Both the position numbers and the translations under genes were made by a program. A stretch of DNA of 29,804 nt from a virus (taxonomy: Duplodnaviria; Heunggongvirae; Uroviricota; Caudoviricetes), in the IMG/VR virus record IMGVR_UViG_2639762982_000016, positions 1-29,804 of that record. One strand, 5' to 3'. Below the pieces are notes generated by a model. That model made no database searches, was not told the DNA's origin, and was given only the letters and a program-made list of their open reading frames with translations. This document shows positions 10,210 to 18,649 of the stretch, piece by piece (position 1 is the first letter of the stretch; every line of letters starts with the position of its first letter).

Positions 10210-10535
10210 TCACCTCCGTTACCGTACAGAGTTTCAGCCGCTGATTTTTCTACATCCCTGGAAACAGGAGCGATCGCCATATCAGTGATCTGCAGATCGG
10301 CGCTGCGATTAACACCATCGTCAGTTTCTCTGGCAGACAGGCCTCGAATAACAGCCTTTGCAGTTATCATCACTTCTGTTCCGACGCCCTGAGGTTGCGC
10401 CTTCAGCTTATTCAATGTGTCGTTATTAAGAGTGATGCACAGCCCCCACGGGTATTCATCGCGAGTTCTGGTTTCTCCGCTCTCATCCTGGTAGCTGTCA
10501 GTGCCGGTTTTGAGGTTTACGAGTTCCATATACAC
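10206..10535 (-). CDS. Hypothetical virion-module protein (109 aa)
   Basis: ORF track; 4-nt overlap with the downstream gene; preceded by a hairpin at 10547-10564. Confidence 0.5.
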   Translation of the reverse strand: MYMELVNLKTGTDSYQDESGETRTRDEYPWGLCITLNNDTLNKLKAQPQGVGTEVMITAKAVIRGLSARETDDGVNRSADLQITDMAIAPVSRDVEKSAAETLYGNGGE

Positions 10536-10546
10536 TCCTGCAATAA

Positions 10547-10564
10547 AGGGGCCGAAGCCCCTTG
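10547..10564 (-). terminator. Hairpin GGGGC-UUCG-GCCCC followed by a U-rich tract; candidate partial terminator between head and tail genes
   Basis: Minus strand reads AAGGGGCTTCGGCCCCTTTATTG in the gap between the 114-aa and 109-aa genes. Confidence 0.4.
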
Positions 10565-10579
10565 TCGGATTCGCGAGGC

Positions 10580-10924
10580 TTACACGCCCAGTTCTTTACG
10601 CTTATCTGCGATCTTCTCGCGGAGCGTTTCGGCTTTAGCGTTATGGTGTGGCTTCTCGTTAAAGAGCAATTCGTACTCTTCACGGAGCTTATCCAGTTCA
10701 CCATCATCTGACACATCGTTGATGATTTTGGTGCTGGTTGCTGCCATAGACACCTTTCCTGCTACCTTTGCTTTTGCCTGTCTGGCTGCATCGTTAACAG
10801 GTTCCAGTGCGCTACCAGGCTCACCTTCGTATTCGATTTCTTCCCCCTCCGGCCACAGTGTGTTATGGATATGAGAGAGGCGCAGAACGCGGTATCTTGG
10901 TTTCTCACCTGACATCGATATCAC
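10580..10924 (-). CDS. Hypothetical head-module protein (114 aa)
   Basis: ORF track; lies between a head accessory gene and a hairpin. Confidence 0.5.
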   Translation of the reverse strand: MISMSGEKPRYRVLRLSHIHNTLWPEGEEIEYEGEPGSALEPVNDAARQAKAKVAGKVSMAATSTKIINDVSDDGELDKLREEYELLFNEKPHHNAKAETLREKIADKRKELGV

Positions 10925-10925
10925 C

Positions 10926-11363
10926 TTAACCAGTTACTTTTGAGCGGATCGGGTACGGCGTATTGGCATCAACATCCAGACTGATACCCGCAGTGAATTT
11001 GCCGGCCGTTAGTGGGCCAGTTGCGACGGAGTAGTTAACACGCAGATATCGCTGAACACCGGCAGGCACCTTTGCAGAAACAACTCGTTTACCTGCTGTC
11101 AGGGTAGCCTTTGCCAGTGCGCCACTATCATAAATAGTGGACCATGAGCTGTTATTCTCACTCGTCTGCAACTGGATGTTTACAGTTGCCTCACCACTTG
11201 CCGTGGCGGCTTCGTTAACCAGCACCCAAAACTCAAGCGGATAACCCACGCCGATATCGCGACGGTTTCCATCAATTGGACCGAGATCGATTACGTCAGT
11301 AGAAGCCGCGGTATTCGTAACCGCCTGAGCTTCGGAGAACATCAACAGTTTGTCGGTGATCAT
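10926..11363 (-). CDS. Putative head accessory / decoration protein (145 aa)
   Basis: Small Thr/Ala/Ser-rich protein immediately downstream of the major capsid gene; call is by position only. Confidence 0.35.
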   Translation of the reverse strand: MITDKLLMFSEAQAVTNTAASTDVIDLGPIDGNRRDIGVGYPLEFWVLVNEAATASGEATVNIQLQTSENNSSWSTIYDSGALAKATLTAGKRVVSAKVPAGVQRYLRVNYSVATGPLTAGKFTAGISLDVDANTPYPIRSKVTG

Positions 11364-11378
11364 CTTCTTTCTCCATTA

Positions 11379-11398
11379 GTGGGTCTGTTACGACCCAC
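11379..11398 (-). terminator. Hairpin directly after the major capsid gene (GTGGGTC-loop-GACCCAC); attenuator or mRNA-stabilising stem
   Basis: 7-bp perfect inverted repeat immediately 3' of the capsid stop, followed by the RBS of the next gene; no strong U-tract. Confidence 0.3.
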
Positions 11399-11414
11399 AG
11401 GTTAATAACAGGCG

Positions 11415-12407
11415 TTACACCACGCGGGCTTCTGTTTCCAGAAGCGCATCAGTTTCACGGATTGGTACACCACGGAATGAAGTCCACCACTCGCCTTCTG
11501 TCTCTTTTACGCTGATCGCCAGAGATGTTTTCTCCAGAGATTGCAGATCAAGAGCCTGGCCTACAGTGCGGTTCATGTAGAACACCGGGCGACCCATTCC
11601 ACGGTTTGGAATGCGATGCAGTGCTTTAACCATCAACTTCGCAATATTTGCGGCAGAGGAAGGTTCTGAAAGATTGCTGACATCGATGTTTGCAATGCGA
11701 ACAACATAACGCCAGTCACGCAGAGCAAGTCCGTTGTCCCATTTGTAATGGGTGCGATAGCCTTCGTACTTGCCGCCATTAGCATCTTCCAGTGTCACCT
11801 GGCCTTTATCTTCCATCTGGATGCCAGCCTTCTGCCCTTTCGGGAAGATGCCATGCACGGTGTTTTCGCCCCACACCACTAACCAGATTGAGGTGTTATC
11901 TGTACCCGTGCCACCAGCATCAATGATGTTCTGAGCATTACCCGCAGACAGGCTGGAATAGCGGGAGGACAGTCCCATAAACTGCTGAGGGTTAACGCTG
12001 GAATCACCATAAAACAGCGTCTGCGCCATCTGCTGATTCATCGCTTCAATAAATGCGCGGTCTTCAGACAGGCGGAATTCAGCGGAATTGCCGTTCAGAT
12101 CAGCCAGTGATTTATCGACTTCAGCATAGGTTTCCAGCATGCCAACGGAATCGGTTACCTGCACTGTGGTTGATTTGCTTGGCTGTACGCCATAGTTCAG
12201 CAAACGCCAGGTAGCTGAAGGTAAACCAGAACGAATGGTGGTTCGGTGTCCGGTAGGAAGGTTCCCTTCGACAAAAGGCATATCCTGAAGGATCGGGTTA
12301 GTTTGACCGAGAAGCTCGATAATCTTATCGACTTTCCCGTTTGGATCGACGCGCTTACCCCAGTCAGCCAGCGTTAGCGCAGTTAAGCCTTTAACAGCCA
12401 TTGTCAT
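11415..12407 (-). CDS. Major capsid protein (330 aa)
   Basis: ORF track; follows the scaffold-like gene and is followed by a hairpin; size typical of podovirus major capsid proteins (for example epsilon15-type, about 335 aa). Confidence 0.7.
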   Translation of the reverse strand: MTMAVKGLTALTLADWGKRVDPNGKVDKIIELLGQTNPILQDMPFVEGNLPTGHRTTIRSGLPSATWRLLNYGVQPSKSTTVQVTDSVGMLETYAEVDKSLADLNGNSAEFRLSEDRAFIEAMNQQMAQTLFYGDSSVNPQQFMGLSSRYSSLSAGNAQNIIDAGGTGTDNTSIWLVVWGENTVHGIFPKGQKAGIQMEDKGQVTLEDANGGKYEGYRTHYKWDNGLALRDWRYVVRIANIDVSNLSEPSSAANIAKLMVKALHRIPNRGMGRPVFYMNRTVGQALDLQSLEKTSLAISVKETEGEWWTSFRGVPIRETDALLETEARVV

Positions 12408-12415
12408 TTCCTCTC

Positions 12416-13117
12416 TTATTTGCCATAGAGCACTTCGGCCGCACTACGCTGGCCTTCATTACCACCGGTGACCATGCCATCTTCAGACATCGCCTTTCCG
12501 ATTTTCACGAACGTTTTGACCAGATCAGGGTGATTACCCAGCCCGGTGGTGTTCAGATATTCTTTGAGTTCAGGTGTCCCGAACTGGTCAAGCGCACGCT
12601 GTGCGGCGCTAAGGTTAGAAATCAACTTGTCGCCACCGATTTCTTTGTCAGCTTTTACATCCGCAGCCCACTGCTCGGTTGTTTTCTGCCAGGCTTCTGC
12701 CTGGCGCTGCTGAACACCTGCCAGAATCTTCGGATAAGCATCAACCAGCTTTTGCGCTTGCTCGTTGGTCAGGTTAAGTTCTCGCGCCACCGGCTCGAAT
12801 TCCTTCAACGCTTCTGTATCCAGCTCTACGCCTTCGGCAGCCTGAAACTCGTACTTCTCAGGCGCACCCTCTGGTTTATCGCCGTCCTTTTTTTCATCCT
12901 GCTTATCGTTTTCAGGCTTTTTGTCATCAGCAGGTTTATCGCCATCAGCAACAGGTTGTGGCTTATCACCTTCCTGTTGTGATGGATCACCAACTGGAGC
13001 AGGGTTATCACCTGCAGGCGCTGACGGTTCTGACGCAGCCGGAGCTGCTCCACCATCGACTGGTTGCTCATTGCAAAGACGGCTATACAGCAAACGCTCA
13101 AACAAATTCATGATCAC
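12416..13117 (-). CDS. Scaffolding-like protein (233 aa)
   Basis: Highly charged, Pro/Asp/Lys/Glu-rich N-terminal half and helical C-terminal half; sits between portal and capsid genes. Confidence 0.55.
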   Translation of the reverse strand: MIMNLFERLLYSRLCNEQPVDGGAAPAASEPSAPAGDNPAPVGDPSQQEGDKPQPVADGDKPADDKKPENDKQDEKKDGDKPEGAPEKYEFQAAEGVELDTEALKEFEPVARELNLTNEQAQKLVDAYPKILAGVQQRQAEAWQKTTEQWAADVKADKEIGGDKLISNLSAAQRALDQFGTPELKEYLNTTGLGNHPDLVKTFVKIGKAMSEDGMVTGGNEGQRSAAEVLYGK

Positions 13118-13410
13118 TCCTGTTCACTGGCCTCTTTGGCCATCTTCAAATACTGTTCAGGGCAATGCGCCATAACGCGCTGAAACAGTTCCAGCGCCAG
13201 ATTGCGTTGCCCCTCATTAAATGCCATTGCCATAGCGTCCATCGGTGAGATAGCGGAAAACACACGGCCTTTCTCCAGCACCGACCAGACAACGCGACGC
13301 CCCTGTTCACTGCTCATGACAAAGCGAATGTCATCAATTTCACGCTGCGCCATGTCACGTTGCTTACGGGCGTTTTCTTCTTTCAGTTGATCGTCTTCGT
13401 AATCTGTCAT
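13114..13410 (-). CDS. Hypothetical head-assembly protein (98 aa)
   Basis: ORF track; 4-nt overlaps with portal and scaffold genes. Confidence 0.5.
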   Translation of the reverse strand: MTDYEDDQLKEENARKQRDMAQREIDDIRFVMSSEQGRRVVWSVLEKGRVFSAISPMDAMAMAFNEGQRNLALELFQRVMAHCPEQYLKMAKEASEQE

Positions 13411-15086
13411 TGTGATTGCCCACCCTGACCACTAACTGCATTCGCCATAGCTGACAACACACTCGGATCCGAAGTTTTAGCTTCGCTTAGCGTCTTGGCC
13501 CCCTGTGCCGCCGCCATCCCCATCGCCATCATTTGTTGCTGCTGTTGTTGCTGTGCCCGTTGCTGGCGAGCCTGCTCAACCTGTCCCTGCGGAACAATGA
13601 CGGTTGGAGACACTCCGGACATATCAGCGAATGCATCGATCGCCTGATCAACGTTGAGTTTGTCGAGAGCTTCTGGTTTCGCTTGCGCAAGTTGACCAAT
13701 GAAGTTGACCGTAGACGCCAGACTGGACAGGCCGATAGACTTCTGCGCCTGAGCCATGACGGAAATGTATTCGACCTTCAGGGGCATACCTTCCATCGCG
13801 TCAGGCGGTGGCGGCAGCATGTTTTTACGCACCATCATCGAGAAAGCGCGGTCAATGAGAGGATTAAGACATTCGTCGTTCAGACGCTCCAGAACCGGCC
13901 CCAACATCAGAAGTTTTTCTTCTTTCATTTCGATCACTGCTTCAACAGGCATCGAGCGGGTATTGATGTTCTGCAACATCATGAACAGATCGACAAAGTA
14001 GGCGCTGTTAATGATTTGACGAGTGTCCTGAATGTCTGCTACCAGATCTGCTGTACTGGGGTTAACCAGATAAGCAGGCCTGAAGCCATCCTGACCAGTA
14101 ATCTGATCGATATACGTGATGTCGCCAGGAAGAAGGGAGGCGCGCTGATTCTTGAGGGAAGTCGGAGCAACCATCGGCGGATTGGTGGCTTTATCAATCA
14201 ACTGCGACTTGCGCTTCTGGAGAAGTTGCAATGCCTTAACAGGTCCAAGCGCCAGCATACCCGGGCATGATGATCCATAAACATCTTCGCCATTAACTTC
14301 CCAGCGCGGAGCCATAATTGGAAACTCATCAAATCCGGACTCACGCAACAACTTGTCGTTATCGCCACCAACCTCGTAATAAACCGATTTGAATGGCTTG
14401 TTCTTGCTATCCAGCTTCGATGTATCGCGGTCAATGTTCGGGTAAACCGAATGCATCACTTCAATCCACTTCTCGTAGGTGCCGCTTTCCCACATGCTTT
14501 TTACGTATTCGCTGACGTTATTTAGTCCGAACTCCTGAACAAGCTGACGAACAGTCATAGAGAACTTGCGAAAACAGGTGTCCACACTGCCACGAGGTGA
14601 GTTAGCCAGGTAGTAACTGCCTATCGGGAATGGCATTGTGCGAATGATGTCCTCATCATCCTCCAGCACTGCCATTGCACCAGTGCTGTATGTGCCTAGG
14701 CTTCCGTATAACTGCGGCAGTGACTGATAGAGATTCGACTTATTGAACATATCGTTCATGCGGTTCTGCACCGCCTCAAGCCACAACTTAACAGGGCCAT
14801 AATCCATCATTTCAGGATCTGGCGTAGCCAGGCGAAACCACGGACGCGCGGGGCTTGTGATGCCTGACATCATGCCGCTGGCGAGAGTGCGCGCCGCCAT
14901 AGTCCCGGTAGAATCAATAATGCGTGTATTGCGTCGATCGTTACGGTTGACCTCAGAAGTCAGAAAGCGGGAACCACGCGGGTTGATGTAATCACTCAAC
15001 TCGCGCCAGTGCGGCTCGAACGACTGACGCTCGCTTTCAAGTTGTGCGAACTGTTTGTTCAATCGCTCTTTAGTTGTTTCCGCCAT
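13407..15086 (-). CDS. Portal protein (559 aa)
   Basis: Position between terminase and scaffold/capsid; size; Gln-rich C-terminal tail; RBS GGAG 8 nt upstream of the ATG. Confidence 0.75.
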   Translation of the reverse strand: MAETTKERLNKQFAQLESERQSFEPHWRELSDYINPRGSRFLTSEVNRNDRRNTRIIDSTGTMAARTLASGMMSGITSPARPWFRLATPDPEMMDYGPVKLWLEAVQNRMNDMFNKSNLYQSLPQLYGSLGTYSTGAMAVLEDDEDIIRTMPFPIGSYYLANSPRGSVDTCFRKFSMTVRQLVQEFGLNNVSEYVKSMWESGTYEKWIEVMHSVYPNIDRDTSKLDSKNKPFKSVYYEVGGDNDKLLRESGFDEFPIMAPRWEVNGEDVYGSSCPGMLALGPVKALQLLQKRKSQLIDKATNPPMVAPTSLKNQRASLLPGDITYIDQITGQDGFRPAYLVNPSTADLVADIQDTRQIINSAYFVDLFMMLQNINTRSMPVEAVIEMKEEKLLMLGPVLERLNDECLNPLIDRAFSMMVRKNMLPPPPDAMEGMPLKVEYISVMAQAQKSIGLSSLASTVNFIGQLAQAKPEALDKLNVDQAIDAFADMSGVSPTVIVPQGQVEQARQQRAQQQQQQQMMAMGMAAAQGAKTLSEAKTSDPSVLSAMANAVSGQGGQSQ

Positions 15087-15100
15087 TTCAATGACTCCGG

Positions 15101-15307
15101 TTACTGACCAAGCAGCGTTTTACCGCTGGTATTAGCGGTTGATGTGTCGCCCTGAGAACCGGTAAGCAGCGTAGAACTACGACCAGCAGCAGCGCGACGG
15201 CGACGTGTTTCTTCGTCGCGGGCATCAACAACGGCGGCATCCTGCTCCTGTGGTGCTGCCTGAACTTCTGGTGTTGCAGGCACTGATGGTGAGCTACCCA
15301 TGCACAT
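15101..15307 (-). CDS. Possible small low-complexity protein (68 aa) upstream of the portal gene
   Basis: Has RBS GGAG-TCATTGAT-ATG nearly identical to the portal initiation region; low-complexity composition, so it may not be a real gene. Confidence 0.25.
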   Translation of the reverse strand: MCMGSSPSVPATPEVQAAPQEQDAAVVDARDEETRRRRAAAGRSSTLLTGSQGDTSTANTSGKTLLGQ

Positions 15308-15375
15308 ATCAATGACTCCGTACGCAATTAAATTATTACCAATTTAACCATATATGATTTATTTATCGTAGATAG

Positions 15376-15412
15376 TTGACATTTAACGCACGAATTATTA
15401 CCTTTCAGGTAA
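15376..15412 (+). promoter_or_regulatory. Candidate sigma70 promoter (TTGACA, 17-nt spacer, TACCTT) overlapped by an operator-like palindrome TTACCtttcaGGTAA at 15398-15412
   Basis: Consensus -35 hexamer at 15376-15381; the -10 match is weak (3 of 6); the palindrome matches the motif found in the immunity region. Confidence 0.35.
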
Positions 15413-15734
15413 GTAAAGGGTTCATTCCGGTTACTAACCTGACTGGCTTGTCGTTAAATTGAACAGGTGGAGTGAGCTTTTATTTTGAGCAGTACGGCGT
15501 ATGGCACATGCGCCGATAGCGGTCTGGATACGTTTAAGGGGCACCCTCCCTTGCTCGGGCAAACGAACCAGGTAGCCGGAATGTGCAAGTCGAGCGGTTT
15601 TATTCCGCGCACGGGGATTCACCATCCCGGCGATTCGGTGTGACGCCTCGGAAGAGACGAGGGTACAACGATGAGAGCATTTATGGAGCCGCGACAAAGT
15701 GTGGCGCCTTAACAGGCTAAGTGCTCTCAGCGTT

Positions 15735-15811
15735 GTGGCATTAGCTCAGTCGGACAGAGCAACCGCCTTCTAAGCGGTTGGTCGCAGGTTCGAATCCTGC
15801 ATGCCACGCCA
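15735..15811 (+). tRNA. tRNA-Arg, anticodon UCU (reads AGA), with encoded CCA
   Basis: Hand-folded cloverleaf: 7-bp acceptor stem GTGGCAT/ATGCCAC, D-arm GCTC..GAGC, anticodon stem ACCGC/GCGGT with loop CTTCTAA, T-arm GCAGG-TTCGAAT-CCTGC, discriminator G, then CCA. Resembles but is not identical to the host argU sequence as I recall it. Confidence 0.85.
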
Positions 15812-15854
15812 GAATCACGCCTAAGGACCGTGATGCCAGAAGTTCCAGGTGCTT

Positions 15855-15896
15855 GGCGGTGATGGTTTCCCTTGAAGGACTATCACCGCCCTTTTT
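15855..15896 (+). terminator. Long-loop hairpin (GGCGGTGAT...ATCACCGCC) followed by CTTTTT; possible terminator after the tRNA
   Basis: 9-bp inverted repeat with an 18-nt loop and a T-tract. Confidence 0.35.
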
Positions 15897-15974
15897 ACAG
15901 CAGGACGCCATTGCGATGACTTCATGCTGTAAACCCGTACAGCCACGGAAGGCATAACTCATTGCTTCCAGTTC

Positions 15975-15998
15975 GCCCGGTTCGCCGGGCATTTTTTT
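15975..15998 (+). terminator. Strong intrinsic terminator (GCCCGG-TTCG-CCGGGC plus T7) 12 nt upstream of the next start codon
   Basis: 6-bp GC stem, UUCG tetraloop, seven T residues. Confidence 0.6.
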
Positions 15999-16009
15999 AA
16001 GGTGAGATT

Positions 16010-16381
16010 ATGAACGACCAGCAAATCGAAAAAGAAATCGTTGAGAAAGGCAAAACGGCACCGCGCGTTACGCCAGACCATATCGAAGGCATTATTGCTC
16101 AGGAGGCATATTTCACAGCAGAAGATGGTGCCTTTGGCAAAGCCATAAAAGCGAAACATACTGGCGGAGAGGTAAACTACCAGCCGCACGAATCACTTTC
16201 TCTGCTGACGTTCTGCGTCCTGGTATTGCGCAACGGCTTCACCGTCACCGGAGAGAGTGCCTGTGCAAGTCCGGAAAATTTTGATGCAGAAATTGGTCGG
16301 AAGATTGCCCGGCAGAATGCTGTAAACAAAATCTGGATGCTCGAAGGTTACTTGCTGAAGCAGAAGCTAAGCGAGCAATAA
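16010..16381 (+). CDS. Small phage protein (123 aa), probably Gp49-like (N4 Gp49 / Sf6 gene 66 family); possible accessory (moron) gene
   Basis: RBS AAGGTGAGA; the motif block LTFCVLVLRNGFTVTGESACASPENFDAEIGRKIARQNA matches my recollection of that family; it is oppositely oriented to the flanking late genes. Confidence 0.5.
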   Translation: MNDQQIEKEIVEKGKTAPRVTPDHIEGIIAQEAYFTAEDGAFGKAIKAKHTGGEVNYQPHESLSLLTFCVLVLRNGFTVTGESACASPENFDAEIGRKIARQNAVNKIWMLEGYLLKQKLSEQ

Positions 16382-16384
16382 CAC

Positions 16385-16398
16385 CGTGACATGTCACA
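16385..16398. repeat. 14-bp palindrome CGTGACATGTCACA, copy 1 (downstream of the terminase large and Gp49-like genes)
   Basis: Perfect 12-bp palindrome GTGACATGTCAC with flanking C and A; an identical 14-mer occurs at 18650-18663. Confidence 0.6.
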
Positions 16399-16403
16399 AA
16401 CAG

Positions 16404-16429
16404 CCAGCCGATGAGCTGGCTTTGTTTTA
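16404..16429 (+). terminator. Intrinsic terminator (CCAGC-CGATGA-GCTGG plus CTTTGTTTT) ending the plus-strand cassette
   Basis: Stem-loop plus T-rich tract directly after the 16381 stop. Confidence 0.55.
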
Positions 16430-16471
16430 TCCTCATCAGAGGATATCAACGACATTATCCCCACCAGCGGA

Positions 16472-17947
16472 TTAAGCATACGGGTCATAATCTGTGATGG
16501 CCTTGCCTTGCTGGTTCTGCTGCCCAGGAATTCGCAGACGCTTCGACACAGGGAAAGCAAACGTCAGCAGTAGCGCATCGCCTTTACCCGGCGAACGCCC
16601 AAGTCGCTCTTTGATATCTTCCTTCGGTTCGATAACGATTTTACCGTCCACGCGAACTTTGTACTCTGCCGCCGACAGATCGTCCGCTGTTTCCTGGTCA
16701 TCCAGCATCCCGCCCAACCTCAGCCATGTCTTGCATGAGTTGAACATCTCCCCGCGCTTGTTGAGCATCTGAGGGTCAGTTGACGCACCACCGAACGGAA
16801 CAAGTTGCCATGTACGTCCCCAGCCATCACCGATTGACTTCAAACCGGTTCCGTAACCGAAGTCGATGAATACCGCGTCAGCCTGATACTGGTCTTCAAA
16901 GTCAGCGATGCGCTTCGCCATAATCAGATCGTCGGTGGTCTTGTTGCCAGTCCATAGCACCTTACTATGCAACCCCTGCCGCAGGTATATCACCGCGTCA
17001 TCAACGCCTGAATATGCCGGGTCAACACCGATTATCACCGGTGCATGTGCAACCTGCGCAGCAGTTACCACCCGTTTCATTGCCTCGTCAGTAAGACCGG
17101 TAGGGATAAACTGCAATTCAGATGCATTAGGGAATATGCCGCGCACACGGATTTTAACGAAGTCGCTGTCTTCCCCGTAGTCATCAACCCATTTCTGCAA
17201 TTGCTGCTTGTTAGTACCTTCCACCGTCCGGCTGTCAATCTGCGCAGTTTTCCAGCGGTGTTTATATTTGCGGAAACATTCACGGAATCGCCCGGTATTA
17301 CGCGTCGGGTTTCCGAACGCCACCCAGATAATCTCAGTGTCTTCGTCCGTTAGCGCACCTTCGGCAACTTCCCACACCAGATCCGCAATGTTCGACGCTT
17401 CATCAAACACCACGATGATGCGTTTGCGCTCGTTGTGTAGTCCGGCGAATGCCTCGGTGTTGTGCTCAGACCAGGGTATTGCGTCAGCCCGCCACCGCTT
17501 GTCGTGCCCTAGGTCATTGCTGTACATCGCGGTAGCGGTACAGGTAAACCAGTCTTTCGTGATGGCAAGGTTCGACCACTTGATAATTTCCGGCCAGGTC
17601 TTCGTTCGTAGCTGGTTGTCGGTGTTGGCGGTCACCACGACCTTACAATCCTCGCAAGTGGACATGCCCCAGTTGATCAGCATTGAGATGAATGCTGATT
17701 TACCAATACCGTGACCCGAAGCGCGTGCCAGCATAAGCGGCTGATAGCGCGTCTCTGGATTCTGCAGGTGATCACGTATCTCTCGGAACGCATCGGCTTG
17801 CCACTGACGTGGGCCGGTGGCATGTGCCAGTTCAGTCCCCTCTTCCCCCCACGGGAACGCATAGAGGGCATAGCCAAGCGGATCGTGAGTGAACCCTGCA
17901 ATATCCTCGATCAACTGCTCTTCAGGAGATAACGCTGTATCTGTCAC
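16472..17947 (-). CDS. Terminase large subunit (491 aa)
   Basis: Walker A-like ARASGHGIGKSAF near the N-terminal ATPase region; acidic nuclease-type motifs later; 4-nt overlap with the upstream small subunit gene. Confidence 0.85.
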   Translation of the reverse strand: MTDTALSPEEQLIEDIAGFTHDPLGYALYAFPWGEEGTELAHATGPRQWQADAFREIRDHLQNPETRYQPLMLARASGHGIGKSAFISMLINWGMSTCEDCKVVVTANTDNQLRTKTWPEIIKWSNLAITKDWFTCTATAMYSNDLGHDKRWRADAIPWSEHNTEAFAGLHNERKRIIVVFDEASNIADLVWEVAEGALTDEDTEIIWVAFGNPTRNTGRFRECFRKYKHRWKTAQIDSRTVEGTNKQQLQKWVDDYGEDSDFVKIRVRGIFPNASELQFIPTGLTDEAMKRVVTAAQVAHAPVIIGVDPAYSGVDDAVIYLRQGLHSKVLWTGNKTTDDLIMAKRIADFEDQYQADAVFIDFGYGTGLKSIGDGWGRTWQLVPFGGASTDPQMLNKRGEMFNSCKTWLRLGGMLDDQETADDLSAAEYKVRVDGKIVIEPKEDIKERLGRSPGKGDALLLTFAFPVSKRLRIPGQQNQQGKAITDYDPYA

Positions 17948-18540
17948 TGATTACCATCCTGACGTTCTTTGAGTCGCTTCCTGGCTGCCGCTATGCGATC
18001 AGCAATTGTCACATTCACATTAACATCCAGGCGTTCTTTGAACGCGTTGACGTCGACGTGCTTACCAATCAGTTCGAGGTTCTTCACCTTGTCAGGCCAT
18101 TTAATTTTTTTGAGGATTGTCTCTATCGAATCCTCGTTCATGTTCATGATGGTCGATGACAGATCAAAGCCGCTAAGCGTAGTGCGCCAGATTTTCGGCC
18201 ACTCGCGGATTGGCTTAAGGCTCCCATCGTCGTTGAGGATGTCGATCACGTCCATCTGGTCGATCTCCACCAGGCGCATGAGAACGTAATCAGCACTGAC
18301 GCGCATTCGTTTGTTGCGCTCCTCCATCAACTCGGCAATCCGTTTTTGAATGCGTTCATCGCGCATCATGACACTGGCTTTAACTGCCGCTGTATTTGGG
18401 GAGAATCCTGCGTTAATCGCTGCCTGAGTCTGGTTTTCAGGCGTTTTGATGTATGACTGGCAATAAGCCTCCTGCATTGCTGTGAGCGGCTTAAATTGCG
18501 TTGATTTGCGTTTATAGGTTTTAGGTTCAGCAGGCATCAT
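17944..18540 (-). CDS. Terminase small subunit (about 198 aa)
   Basis: Motif KPLTAMQEAYCQSYIKTPENQTQAAINAGFSPNTAAVKAS resembles small terminase (Terminase_2-type) N-termini. The ORF track extends to 18618 with a TTG start; I prefer ATG at 18540, but the start is uncertain. Confidence 0.65.
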   Translation of the reverse strand: MMPAEPKTYKRKSTQFKPLTAMQEAYCQSYIKTPENQTQAAINAGFSPNTAAVKASVMMRDERIQKRIAELMEERNKRMRVSADYVLMRLVEIDQMDVIDILNDDGSLKPIREWPKIWRTTLSGFDLSSTIMNMNEDSIETILKKIKWPDKVKNLELIGKHVDVNAFKERLDVNVNVTIADRIAAARKRLKERQDGNQ

Positions 18541-18579
18541 AACCACCGTGGTAATAGTTACCGTTGTGGTAATAGTACC

Positions 18580-18607
18580 ATGCAAAATAAAGCCGCCATA
18601 GTTGGCG
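18580..18607 (-). terminator. Intrinsic terminator-like hairpin (GCCGCCA-ACTA-TGGCGGC plus TTTATTTTG) just upstream of the terminase small gene
   Basis: 7-bp GC-rich stem followed by a U-rich tract on the minus strand. Confidence 0.45.
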
Positions 18608-18649
18608 GCAGTATTCAAAACCCGTCAAATTCATCATGCATAATCTAAT

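Noticed and set aside
15434-15697. 87-aa minus-strand ORF in the leader upstream of the tRNA
   Set aside because: Arg/Ser/His-rich composition typical of a random frame, no RBS, and it lies antisense to the putative cassette transcript.
16385-16398. The palindrome as a CRP or LexA binding site
   Set aside because: Half-site spacing is wrong for CRP (TGTGA-N6-TCACA) and it does not fit CTGT-N8-ACAG; more likely phage-specific.
18541-18618. N-terminal extension of the terminase small subunit (ORF-track start at 18618)
   Set aside because: It would start on TTG, adds an odd Thr/Val-rich segment, and overlaps the upstream terminator hairpin.
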